DNA of 38,379 bases. Origin: Guillardia theta CCMP2712. Taxonomy: Eukaryota > Protista > Cryptophyta. The position numbers were made by a program, and so were the translations under genes. The stretch spans positions 404,475 to 442,853 of the forward strand of contig NW_005434603.1 of NCBI RefSeq assembly GCF_000315625.1, written 5' to 3'. Below the pieces are notes generated by a model. It searched no databases. It was not told the origin of the DNA and was given only the letters and a program-made list of their open reading frames with translations. Shown one piece after another: positions 9,205-20,651 of this stretch. Numbering within the stretch: the first letter of the stretch is position 1; every line of letters begins with the position of its first letter.

Positions 9205-11012
9205 ATGAACGCGGTCTCCTCTCTCTCTCGCTCCTCCTCGTTGACGAGGTCCATCTCTCTCACCTCCACGCATGACTGGGAGGGCTGGATCGGCGTGCAG
9301 GATGACAATGAGCTGCCCGAGCCTGACTCGCTGCACCTCGAGGAAGCGTCGCCCCCGCTCAAGCCCATCAAGGACTCGCATGCTCCGAGGACTGACGTGG
9401 CAGCAGAAGAGTTCGTGCTGCAGTCCCTCGGCATCTCCTTGAGCATGTGCGAGGGCGACCCCACCAAGCGCATCACCGCCGTCTATGGCAGCGCGAGCGT
9501 CGCGGGTGTCCACGAGTGCGACGAGCTGCTGGCGATCAACGGGACCGACGTGTCCAGCAGTGAAGTGAACGGCTTCGACTGCATTGAGATGTGCAGGCAG
9601 GCGGCGCGGGAGAGCAGCCATGTCGAGCTTGTCATCCGCGACTTCGTGACGATGCAGGAGAGGCAGGTGGAAGTGGAGACGAGCGAGAGCTGCCCGGCGA
9701 TGCGACTTGTGCGCGAGAGGTTCGCGTCCCCTCGTCCTCCCGTAGGCTCTCGTCGCAACACGCCGAGCAAGAGTGACTTGCCGTACCTGGACAAGGACTG
9801 TGACCTCTACGGCAGCTCCTCCACCAACTCCAGCGAGCACGCTGCAGCAGAAAGATCGAGTGAAGCAGACCCTGAGCGACTGGGCGGGATCACGTGGAAG
9901 TTTCCCACCATCTGGTCGTGGAAGTTCGCGCTGCTCGTGGTCATCTCAAGCGTCTTGACGGTTCTTGTGTGCTCGCTGCTGGACAGCAAGCTCATGGTTG
10001 AGTTCATCGCGACTATCGATCGGCTGGAGGTTGCTTGACAGCCTCCTCCTCCTCGCTGACCCAGACGTCAGGGTTGGCTGCAGAACATCCCCCTCTGCTC
10101 CTGCACCTACTACATCCGAGGCAGCACAGTCTCCGTCCCCCTCTGCAGAGCTTGCAAACCTAAGGTCAGGCACCTCCTCTGCTCCCCCCGGCGCTGAGAT
10201 GCTTCAGGTCCTGCGGTACCTTGACTACGACAGCAATGTTGGGGTGGCATGTGAGTGGAAGAGGAGGGGCCAGAGCATTTGGATGACAACAGGCGCAGTA
10301 GAGAGGAGGAAGCTTTGCGACGTGAGGCCCTTCTGGCTCATGGGGAAGTGTCACGGCAGCACAGAGACGGTCAGCCGCTGGGAGGAGGAGGAGGAGGAGG
10401 AAAGGAGACTGAGGTGGAGTGCCAGGTGAAGTACCTTGGGACCTTCGCGACGTACGACGAGTGCGAAGCCGCATGCTTGGTGCAGTCCTCTCCCTGCTCC
10501 TTCACCAACTCCACCACCTCCACAGCCGTTTCCCCCACCATCACTACCCCCCCCTGCTTCTCCGTTGCTGCTTCCACTCCCTGTCTCGTTCTACCTCAAC
10601 TTCTGCATCTTCTCACTCGTGTCCTCAGAGTTACAACGTGGGGAAGTTCAAGTGTCGCTCCGTGACGTATCACCTGCGGGTATGTTGACGTCTCGCTCCC
10701 CCATGTTGGCTGACCTCTCTCGCAGTCCTATCACGACCGCAAGTTCCGTCAGACTTGTTTTGCCGTCCTTCACTCGGTCTGTCTCTCTTCCCTGCCCTCG
10801 TCTCGCTCAAGCTGCCGGCAGGGTTGGTTCAAGGTCCGTCAGTTCGGCGTCTGCACCGGCCGAGTCTTCGGGCCTCTCCTACAGCTGCAGCGCATGCTGC
10901 AGTGGTGCCGCCACCAGGTACCATAGAGGGGGAGGCTGTCAGCTCCCTGACTGCCTGCTAGCTGAATAAGCGCATCCTATTAGGATGGTGGTATGACGGT
11001 ATCACATTCCCA

Positions 11013-11091
<79 letters not shown>

Positions 11092-11250
11092 ACGGCGGGC
11101 AGGTCAACCATGGGAGGTCGGCATGACGCTGGTGCTTGTCATCTTCGGGCTGAGGTTCCTCTCCCCCTCCTCCTCTCATCTCATGTGCTTGCAGTGGAGT
11201 GCGACGATCTCCTTCCGCGCACCTCACCGACGAGGAGCTTGATCTGTAGC
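9205..11250 (+). CDS. Putative membrane protein: PDZ domain, single TM helix, spliced Cys-rich (PAN/apple-like) C-terminus
   Basis: Exon 1 has PDZ-like SLGISL..ITAVYGSASVAGVHECDELLAINGTDV..VELVI and hydrophobic FALLVVISSVLTVLVCSLL. GT-AG introns at 10030-10071, 10165-10207, 10251-10292, 10370-10425, 10480-10628 and 10680-10725 join an open frame GWLQNIPLCSC..TYDECEAACL..CRSVTYH..TCF. The 3' end is uncertain. Confidence 0.65.
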
Positions 11251-11353
11251 AGCAGCACGAGGTGGCTCGCGGCTCATCGCACAATGTCGAATAAGAATTC
11301 AACATGTGATTTACGTTTATGTTACATGTTACTGTACATCTCCTCCCCCCCCC

Positions 11354-12581
11354 TCACGAGTCATCAGGGTGTTGGATGGTCGCCACCACCTCGTCGATGT
11401 TCTCGTGCGACTTCACCTCCACGTGCGGATTCCCAAGAGCATCCGAGATGAACTTGTGAGTGCTCAGCCTCCTTATCCTCGTCGCAGCCAGCGCGACGTT
11501 CCCTAGACGTTTCGCCCGCCTGCTCGCCACGTACTCAGCAAGTGGCTCCTTCACGTTCAGGTTGATCTGTGGGAGGATAGGAAGGGATGCGATCCACCGA
11601 TCCTCCAGACACTCGCTAGCTGTTGGCCTGCTGTCCGCGTCCACTGTCAGCATCCTCTTGATGAAATCCTTCGCCGACGAGCCAATGCGGTCCCACGGGT
11701 GGCGGGCGAAGGAGAAGCTGCCTTCCTTCACCATCAGCAACATCTTCGAGACGTTTTCGCATAGGAAAGGCGATGTTCCGCACAGCATGGTGTAGAGGAT
11801 CGCGCCAGCAGACCACACGTCCACCTTGGTGGAGTAGAGGCCCTCCTGGAAGCTCTTGTCGAAGGAGATGTGCACGATCTCCGGCGCGATGTACTCGGGG
11901 GTCCCGCAGGGAGTCGACATGGTGTTGAGGATGGAATGACCCTTGATGGACGCGAACCCGAAGTCAGCGATCTTGACGTCGTTGTAGGAGGGGGATGAGG
12001 GGTCCTTGCTCATGAGCAGGATGTTTTCAGGCTTGACATCGCGATGGCAGATGCCGTGACGGTGGAGGTACTCGAGGCCTGACAGCACCTGCTTGAACAG
12101 CAGACCAGCTTCTCTCTCGGTGAAGTGATCCTTTTTGGAGATACGGATCAGGAGCTCTCCGCCTGCTGCAAGCTCTTGAATCAAGAAGATATGGAGATCA
12201 TCGTAGAAGACGTCAATCAATCGGATGCAGCATTGATGATTGACCCTCCTCATCACCATCAGCTCCTGGTGCTTCAGTGTCAATGAAAAGCTTGGAAGCG
12301 TTCATCTCACTTGCGCAATCTTTGTCGAAGTCATCTTCGAATCTCTCGCAATTCTCTTCACTGCTACATCCTCCCCAGTCGCCTTGTTAAGACCCTCGCG
12401 GACAACACCGAAACTTCCGCTGCAGCAGCAACAATGAGCTTGTCAGTTGCAAATATCGATGGAACTACTGAACTCACACTCCGAGGATCTCTTTGAAAAC
12501 ATAATAATCTTGAATAGGCTCGTTCTTCCCATGATGCTTCAGTTCTTCCCGGAGGGTATTCGAGCTTGACCCGCAGCCCAT
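11354..12581 (-). CDS. CaMK1-like Ser/Thr protein kinase with N-terminal MGCGSS acylation motif
   Basis: LGVGSFGVV (spliced), VAVK, HRDVKPENIL, DFG, CGTPEYIAPE and DVWSAG, plus a basic C-terminal CaM-binding-like helix RRAKRLGNVALAATRIRRL. Two short introns near 12270-12310 and 12421-12477. Confidence 0.92.
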
Positions 12582-12866
12582 GATGTCTTTAAGAACTTGA
12601 TGGTGCAAACGTTTCACTTCAAAGTTTGCCAGGAGTTGAATTGAGCAACATTCCGTTTGAGCTCTACCAAACAAAACAACCCTGTGCAAAAACGCAAATC
12701 AGAGAAAAGAACCAACATGGTACGATGTATTCCAATCATTATAAAAGATTGAATCTTCGACATGCTTTTGCAAGTAGCAAACAAATTGGAATGTTTGACA
12801 CAAAACTCGAATGATATGCAAAAGATTGGGATACCAAACAGAAACCACAGGGGAAATAGAAGAAGA

Positions 12867-13255
12867 CAGGTAGCTAGGAAGCTTCAAGGTGCAGGTAGAG
12901 AAATAGCTGGGGAGCTTCAAGGAGGAGGAGAGGTAGCTAGAGAGCTTCAAGAGGGAGGAGGAGAGGTAGCTAGGGAGCTTCAAGGAGGAGGGGAGGAGGA
13001 GAGGTAGCTAGAGAGCTTCAAGGAGGAGGGGAGGAGGAGAGGTAGCTAGAGAGCTTCAAGGAGGAGGGGAGGAGGAGAGGTAGCTAGAGAGCTTCAAGGA
13101 GGAGGGGAGGAGGAGAGGTAGCTAGAGAGCTTCAAGGAGGAGGGGAGGAGGAGAGGTAGCTAGGGAGCTTCAAGGAGGAGGGGAGGAGGAGAGGTAGCTA
13201 GGGAGCTTCAAGGAGGAGGAAAGGAGGAGAGGTAGCTAGGGAGCTTCAAGGAGGG
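12867..13255. repeat. Purine-rich minisatellite, ~38-bp unit GAGGTAGCTAGAGAGCTTCAAGGAGGAGGGGAGGAGGA, about 11 copies
   Basis: Units start at 12963, 13001, 13039, 13077, 13115, 13153 and 13191, with degenerate copies on each side. Confidence 0.93.
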
Positions 13256-14049
13256 GCAGGTAGAGATAGGCTTGAAGGCTTTGGAGGTGAACACTAGACG
13301 TCGGCAGCCAGCCATGAAAGCGCCGGAGACTGAGGCCCTACGGTCAGGGGTCCTAGAGAGGCATAGCACCAATTTCTTAGAGTCATTATACATGCTTTGA
13401 CATATATGTCCTAGGACCCGGGGTCCTATCTAGACAAATAACAACTACGTGGAGGTCGGGGAGGGGGGTTCATGGATGGGCAGATGGAACCGTCTTAGCA
13501 CCAGGGGTGGTATAGGGGTTTTAGAGGGGTACGAAAAAAGGGGTACAACGTATCGGTGGGTGGGTAATTTCCGGAGTGACCAAGGGGTGGTGAAGAGCTA
13601 ACATTGAGGGGGTGGGGGGCTGATTTGGTACCTACAGAGCCGTACTTACCAGGGGGTGGGGTAGTAAAAGCTAAAATTATTTTCATGGTAAAAATAGATA
13701 ACGGCCCCCAACCCCACCTACAACCTTTCCCACACCCACCCCTACCCATGACCCCCCACCCCTTTCACCCCGAACCCAAAAACTTCGTACTCGTTGGATC
13801 TTAGAGCACCGGTCCTTCATAGGCTTTCAGAAGTTGAATAGAGGGGTAGGGTGTGACAAACCATGGCAGCGAGTGCCACGGTGGAGGTGGGTACTATCGT
13901 GGGTATAGCAGTGGAAGGGAGGGGGTAGGGGTGGGTGAACTTATTGGCGGTCGAAGTTGTCACGGTCCCGACGCCTTCAGATAATTATAATCAACCAAAA
14001 AAAAAAAACTAGGACATGTAATGCGAGCCCTCATCCCCCCTTTGTACTG

Positions 14050-14101
14050 ACCCGGCATGTCACTGACCGGGCCCGGCATGTCGTTGACCGGGCCCGGCAT
14101 G
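14050..14101. repeat. 21-bp GC-rich tandem repeat (CCGGCATGTC[AC/GT]TGACCGGGC), ~2.5 copies
   Basis: Read directly. Confidence 0.8.
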
Positions 14102-14586
14102 AGGGGCTGGCCCGGCACCATGCAGGCTTGTGACTCCTCCGACTCCTCCGAGTCACGCGTGAACCTGCGGGCCATTGTAAACCGAGATGAGTTAAAATTA
14201 TGCTGACGCTTTTATGATACTGCTGACGTGAAATTAAACTAGAAAGAGAGCGATTTCGATGATTGTGTTGGTAGTAATTTATCAAAATAAGTCATTTGGG
14301 TTACGTTCTTTACAGAGCTACAAAAACGTCTTGACCTTGAGGCTCTTCATTAATATGGTGGGGGTGGGGTCCTTTAATTTGAAACGAGGGGGTCATCAGG
14401 GTGGAGGGACCGGATCTGGTAGTTTACAAACGTACTCATTCAAGGAGGTGGGTGGTAGTCAAGGGTACCCCTGTATCGTAGCAAGTCAGCCGATATGAGG
14501 GGGGTAGGGGTGTACAGATAGAACCAGATGGGGGTAGGTCTTGTGTGGTTAGTTGTCACCCTCTAGTCCGTTGCTCTGCTACCAGC

Positions 14587-16459
14587 ATGGCGAGCATGGC
14601 GGAGATAGAAGCGCTGCTGAAAGCCCAAGACGAGAAGATCGCCATGCTCGAACAGAACGCCAAAGAAGAAGGCGACATTGCCTTCATGCTCATCTCAACG
14701 GCGTTGGTGCTCATGATGACAATCCCGGGTCTCGCGCTCTTCTATGGTGGACTTGCACGAGCTCCTAACGTGCTCTCCACGGTCATGCAGAGCTTCGCCA
14801 TCACATGTCTCGTGAGCGTGCTTTGGATTATCGCCGGATACTCCCTCTGCTTCGATGCTGGAAACCCTTTCATCGGCGGTGCCAACAAGTTCTGGTTGAC
14901 AGGGGTGTATGGCAGCATGTCTGGCAGCATACCGGAGGTTCTCTTCGTCATGTACCAAGCGACCTTCGCCATCATCACCTGCGCCATCATCACCGGCTCC
15001 TTCGCCGAGCGAATGCGCTTTGCTCCAACGCTCATCTTCGTCGGCATCTGGCATCTCATCGTCTACTGTCCCATCGCTCACTGGGAGTGGGGCGGCGGCT
15101 TTATGTCGCAGTGGCACGTCCTCGACTTCGCAGGAGGAGACGTGGTGCATATCAGCTCAGGAGCTTCTGGGCTGGCGGCGTCGATCATAGTGGGGAAGAG
15201 GAAGGGCTTTGGTCAGGGCCAAGAGCTACCTCCTCACAATATCCTCCTGGTCTTCCTCGGCGCTTCGCTTCTGGTCGCCTTCTCTTTCTTCCTTCTCCCT
15301 GCCTGCTCGCCATCTCTTAGTCACTCTTCTCCTCCTCTCTTACTTGCTTGCAGTGGGTCGGATGGTTCGGGTTCAATGCTGGCTCAGCTATAGCGGCGAA
15401 CGAGCAGGCGAGCATAGCGATGCTGGTGACGCACGTCTCGGCAGCGGCTGGAGGCTTCTCCTGGATGCTCACAGAGTGGATCTTTCGCAAGAAACCTTCA
15501 GTGCTCGGTGCTGTCAGGTACAACCCCTGCTCCCCTCCCCCTCCCCTCCCACGCAAAACACAAGCACACACACACGATATCTTTCCTCTTCCTCACGCTT
15601 CTTGCAGCGGAGCCATCGCAGGGCTGGTCGTCATCACTCCAGGATCAGGATACGTGAACCACACAGGCGCCTTCGTCATGGGTCTCATAGCCGGACCCTT
15701 CTGCTACTTCAGCATCCAACTCAAACATATCCTGGTGCGTCTCCTCCTCCTCCTCCTCCTCCAGCATCCTCCCTCACTCGTGCCCTTCATAGGGCTTCGA
15801 CGACGCCTTGGATGCTTTCGGCGTGCACGGAGTCGGCGGCATGCTTGGCGGCATTCTCACCGGATGCTTTGCGGACGCGGCGATAGGAGGCCAGAACGGA
15901 GCTTTCTACGGCAACCCGAAGCAGGCGAGGGGCTCTCTGACCTTGTGCGATGCCACGTGACGCTCGTGACCTCAGCTGGGCATTCAGCTGGCGGGTATCG
16001 CAGTGACGCTGGTCTACTCGATCATCATGACCTTCATCATCCTCAAGCCCCTCGACCTGGTCCAAACACCAACCTCGCTCCTGCCCTGCCTGTCGTACCT
16101 GCCGTGCTCCTCTCCTCTCCTCCCCTCCCTCCTCTCTCCTGTCCTACCCTACTCTGCCCTCCTGTTTGTGTTCGCTTGCCCACTTTGCCTTCTCATCGGC
16201 TACCGCAGATCTGGAGGGCAGCTACGGGCAATGGCATCCGAGTCACAGAAGAGGAGGAGGACAGAGGGCTGGACCTTTCCGAGCACGGAGAGAGCATGTT
16301 GTTCGATTCCGCACATGCCAAGCTGGTACCTCCCTCCCCCTCGCCTTTCCTCCTCCCTTTGCTCCGATGAAACTAATCTGATGCCAGGAGCCTGATCAAA
16401 CCCTCAACGTTGGTCCCTTCGAAAGTCGAGTGTATCCTATCACAGTAAACGCGGAGTGA
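14587..16459 (+). CDS. AMT: Ammonium transporter (Amt/Mep family), multi-exon
   Basis: MTIPGLALFYGG, FQ-like YQATFAIIT, GSFAER, VYCPIAHWEWGGG, DFAGGDVVHISSG, WVGWFGFNAGS, SGAIAGLVVITPGSG, DDALDAFGVHG and EEDRGLDLSEHGE. Both pore histidines are present. Confidence 0.96.
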
Positions 16460-16553
16460 GAGGAGGAGGAGAGGAGGAGAGGAGGAGAGAAGGTTGTTTG
16501 TGCTTGTAGCAGAGGTATATTCAGTGTAAAGTAAAGTAATTCAACAGTAGGGA

Positions 16554-17636
16554 CTAGAAGTCGATGTCTCCCCTAAACGCTTCCGCATTCTACAAATTTG
16601 TCACCCTCCTCCTCTTCCTCTTCCTCCCTCACCTCAGTGTCACATCGCGCCGCCAGGTCCGAGCGGTCCATGAAGTGAAAGACAGACTGGGAGGGGAAAG
16701 AGGCGTGAGCGAGAGTGAGCGAGGGAGGGAGGGAGGGAGGGAGGGAGGGAGGGAGAGGTAAGAAGGGGAGGGGGGGAGAGCGCGTACCCTTAAAGAGCTC
16801 CAGATGTGAGAGGCTCCGGGGTTGATGGAGAGAGCTTTGAGGTAGCATGACGCTCCTTCCTCGTACATCTCCTGATTTGAGTAGGCGATTCCCAAGTTCG
16901 CCAGCGCCCGCACGTAGTTGGGCTTGATGGAAAGAGCCTGACAAAACAGAATGAGGCCAAGGAGGAGGAGGCACGAGAGGAGAGGAACAGTATGAGTACC
17001 TGTATGTAGGCGTCAACAGCTTCGTCGCTCTTGGAGAAATTCGCGAGTGTTGCTCCGAGCTTGTTCCACAGCGAGTAATCTTGAGGATTGATCTGCACAC
17101 ATCTCAGACGCTCCTCCTCCTCCTCCTTCTCTCCCTACTCGCAGCGCTTCTCTGAAGTGTTCAATCGCCTTCTCATAGTCGTACGAAAGATGGTACAAGA
17201 TACCCAGCACCTGCTGCAAGCTTGAGCACTACTGCCTCCTCTTCCTCCTCCTCCTGCTCTGACCGTATGCAGCTCGACGTCGTCTGGTCTTGTTTGCAAC
17301 ACGCGAGTGAAGATTTGCGTTACCTGCTCGGCATGTCAGCTGCCCCTAAGGGAGATGCTGCTTGCAGCCGCCCTCGCTCCTCCTCCTCCTCCTCCTCCTC
17401 CTCCTCCTCCTCCTCCTCCTCCTCCTCCTCCTCCCCTTCACCTCGTTGTGCAGCGTGTAAGTCTCCCGCAGGCTTCCGATTTCCTCCTGCGGAGGGCAAA
17501 GCTGCGAGTACTCGGGATGGCGAGTGATCCAAGACCGCAGATGCGTCAACGCGTTGACCTAGCAAATGATGTGAGGGGGAGAATAGCTGCTGCTGCTGAT
17601 GGAGAACATGGAGAAGATGATGGCGATGGTGGTGCA

Positions 17637-17683
<47 letters not shown>

Positions 17684-19369
17684 CCATGAAGATGCAGATG
17701 ATAGTGATGATTGTGACGACGATGATGATGGAGATGATGATGATGAGCAGACTGGGAGAAGGGGAACGCGGAGAAGAAGGAAGAGGGAGGGAGGAGGAAA
17801 CTTGGAACCTGTTCGAGTTCATTGGTGTGCGAAACTCCAAGAGCAAGGAGCGCATCCAAGTTGTCTGCCACCAGCGTCACCTCCTTGACCATCTTCCCTT
17901 CTTCCTTCATTCTGCTCTTGCTCCCCCTCCTCCTTCACTTCTCCGGCTCTGCTCACCTGGGTCTGCCTGCACGGCTCGGTTCAGAGCGATGATGGCCTTC
18001 ACATCCTCGTCGTTCTCCGCGTGCGCCAGCCCGAGCGTCAGCCATGCGTCGCAGTTGTCCGGGTGCTCCTGCACCTCCGCTTCCAGCGCCTGCACAGACT
18101 CCACCAGCTCTCCTCGCTGCAGCATCTCCACGCCTGACCGGAAGCAGTCGGGGCGACCGAGGAAGGGGTTGTGCGGGGTGAAGGTGTAAGGGCGGAGGGA
18201 GAAGGGCGTCTCAAGCCCAGCAGGGTCCCAGAGCTCTCCGTCGGGCTGGAGGATGCTGCCGTTGTCGAACTGAAAGCTCCCGTCGTTGACAGCAGCGATG
18301 AAGTCCCGCAACTCCGACTGCGCGAGCTTCTCGTCTCCATTGAGCGTCTCCTCGAGCGCCCGGCTCAGTTCGCTCCCATGCTCCCTCTCCCTCCTGAACT
18401 CCTCCGCCCATGCCTCATGCTGCCCGCCAAACTCTTCTCCCCAACGCGCGCCAGCGGTTCGCTCCTCCTGCAGCTCCCTCGCCCACTCCTCCGGCATTTG
18501 TGCTGGCGGCATGGCGGCACCAGCCTGGGCCTCATCCCTCCCTCGCGTCATGCTGACCTTGTGCTCGAACGCAGACGACAGGCCTTCCTCCCATGCTGCT
18601 GCCAGCTGCTCTCCTCCTCCTCTTCCCATCAGCCCGCGTCGCTCCATCGCTTGCATTCGCATCTCATGCTGCATCTGCAGGCCCCTCGCCCCCGCCATGG
18701 CCCGCCCTTGGCTGCCATCATCGCCATCGGCAAGCTCGGCATCCCCATCGCCCCCATCCCCGGCAGTCGGTGCGGCCCCGCCAAGTGAGCATGTCGCATC
18801 GCCATCTCGTGTGCCCATGCGTCCGCGTCATGCAGCATCGCCGGCATCGGTCCTGGGCCCGCAAACTCTTCCGCCCATCCCCCTGCCCCCTCCAGCTGCG
18901 CGTGCATGGCGAGCTCGTGCGGGAACGGACCAGGGCCCTCCATCATGGCGCGCGTGTGCATCTCATGCTCGAAGGCTGAAGCCATGGCCTCAAACTCCTG
19001 CGCCTGAAGAGCCGCGCCAGCTTCTTCATGCATCATGCGGCTGAGATGTGACGCCTGTGCCTGCTCCATCATCGTTATCTCCACCACCACCACCACCACC
19101 ACCACCACCACCACCACTTCCACCTCCTCCTTCCAACCCCTCATCTGCCCTCTCCTCATCCTCTCGTTTTCTCCTCCTCCGTATGCACTCACATGGTGTG
19201 GTCCCAGTCGCGCTTGCTGCCCCATGGCGTGACCGCCCTCGTGCAGCAGACGCGTGAGAGGGTTCGAGGCGCCTCCCTGTGCCGAGTCACCTCCCTTCAT
19301 CCTCCTGCTCCACCTTCTCACCTGGTTGGGGACTACACAGCCCTGCCCGGCTACAAGCTCCCTCAGCAT
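16554..19369 (-). CDS. PEX5: Peroxisomal PTS1 receptor PEX5, multi-exon
   Basis: N-terminal MLRELVAGQGC..GGASNPL with the conserved Cys, WxxxF motifs (WAEEF twice, WGEEF), YTFTPHNPF, and TPRs AWLTLGLAHAENDED, ALLALGVSHTNE, LWNKLGATLAN and RALANLGIAYSN. Last exon NAEAFRGDIDF*. Confidence 0.93.
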
Positions 19370-20651
19370 CTCCGTCAGCCTCCTCGCTGCAACTCCTTCA
19401 AGCTCTGCGGCACAAGGTTAAGAAGATGAGCGAGTCCAACAGACAGGCCGCGCATGAGCACGCGCAGAGACACAGAGGGGAGGATGATGAGGAGGATCAA
19501 GCAGAGGATACGCGTCAAACAAGTCATGGCAACTGCAACTTTGCCGCAGTCTACCAAGCCCCGACACGACGGCATGCCCGATGGAGGGAAGGCGATCAGA
19601 GGAACTCTAAGGTGATCAGATGGAAGAGAAGCGTCTTCTCTAGACTTAATCTCCTGCTCCTCCTGCTCCTCCTTCCCCTCCCCTGCTCCTCCTGCTCCTC
19701 CTCTCCTCCACTTCCGCCTCCCGCACGCGCATAGCGCCGACAAAACGACCACACAAGGGTAGGGTTCTATTCAGGTCCAGTGGGGTGGGGTGATGATATC
19801 CGGGAGTATCCGGGAGTATCCGTAACTCTCGCANNNNNNNNNNNNNNNNNNNNNNNNNNNNNNNNNNNNNNNNNNNNNNNNNNNNNNNNNNNNNNNNNNN
19901 NNNNNNNNNNNNNNNNNNNNNNNNNNNNNNNNNGTCCTTGTAGCTGCTCGATAAGATGTCTTCCTTACAAGAGCAAGACCTTCGATGGAGGACACACGGG
20001 ATGGACTTTCACGTAGATGCATGACATTGTGCTAGGCCGTACGAAACGGTGGAGCATCCCGAGCTCCGACTAGCTGCCACTGGCCATGTCGTAGATGCTA
20101 CAGATCCGGACATAGATGAGAGACTGCTTACGAGGAGACGATGAGGAGCATGAAAAACAACGTGAATGAGATCAAGATAGAAGATTGAAGAGATTCTCGA
20201 CAAGGTTAACAACCTACTCGACTGATCTTGTTCCAATCCTGATCGAAGCAACGTAAGAGGAGGAGGAGGAGGAGGAGGAGGAGGAGGAGGAGGAGGAGGA
20301 AGATGATGAAGCTGATGTTGTTGATGAGCAGAACATATGGATGTTGTTGATGATTCAGACAATGATGATGATCAGGGAGACGAAGATGTGATGGAGGTGG
20401 AGATGATGATATGGACGATGGAGAAGGACGTCATGAAGATGATGGAGATGATGGAGATGATGGAGATGATGGAGATGATGGAGATGATGATGGAGATGAT
20501 GGAGATAATCATTATGTATCAGGAGCTGTGATGCAAGGAACAATCACATGAATAGCTGAAAGGGGGACAATTATAAAGCAGAGAAGAAGCGAAGGAGGAG
20601 GAGCGCAGGCGGGAGGAAGGAGGTGTGCTTGGTGTTGTCGTCTAGAGCGAC

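Noticed and set aside
12963-13255. CRISPR array or coding repeat
   Set aside because: Contiguous 38-bp units with no unique spacers; the unit length is not a multiple of 3.
19934-20225. Coding-like fragment after the gap (PYETVEHPELRL..EEILDKVNNLLD)
   Set aside because: Interrupted by stops, truncated by the gap, and no recognisable family.
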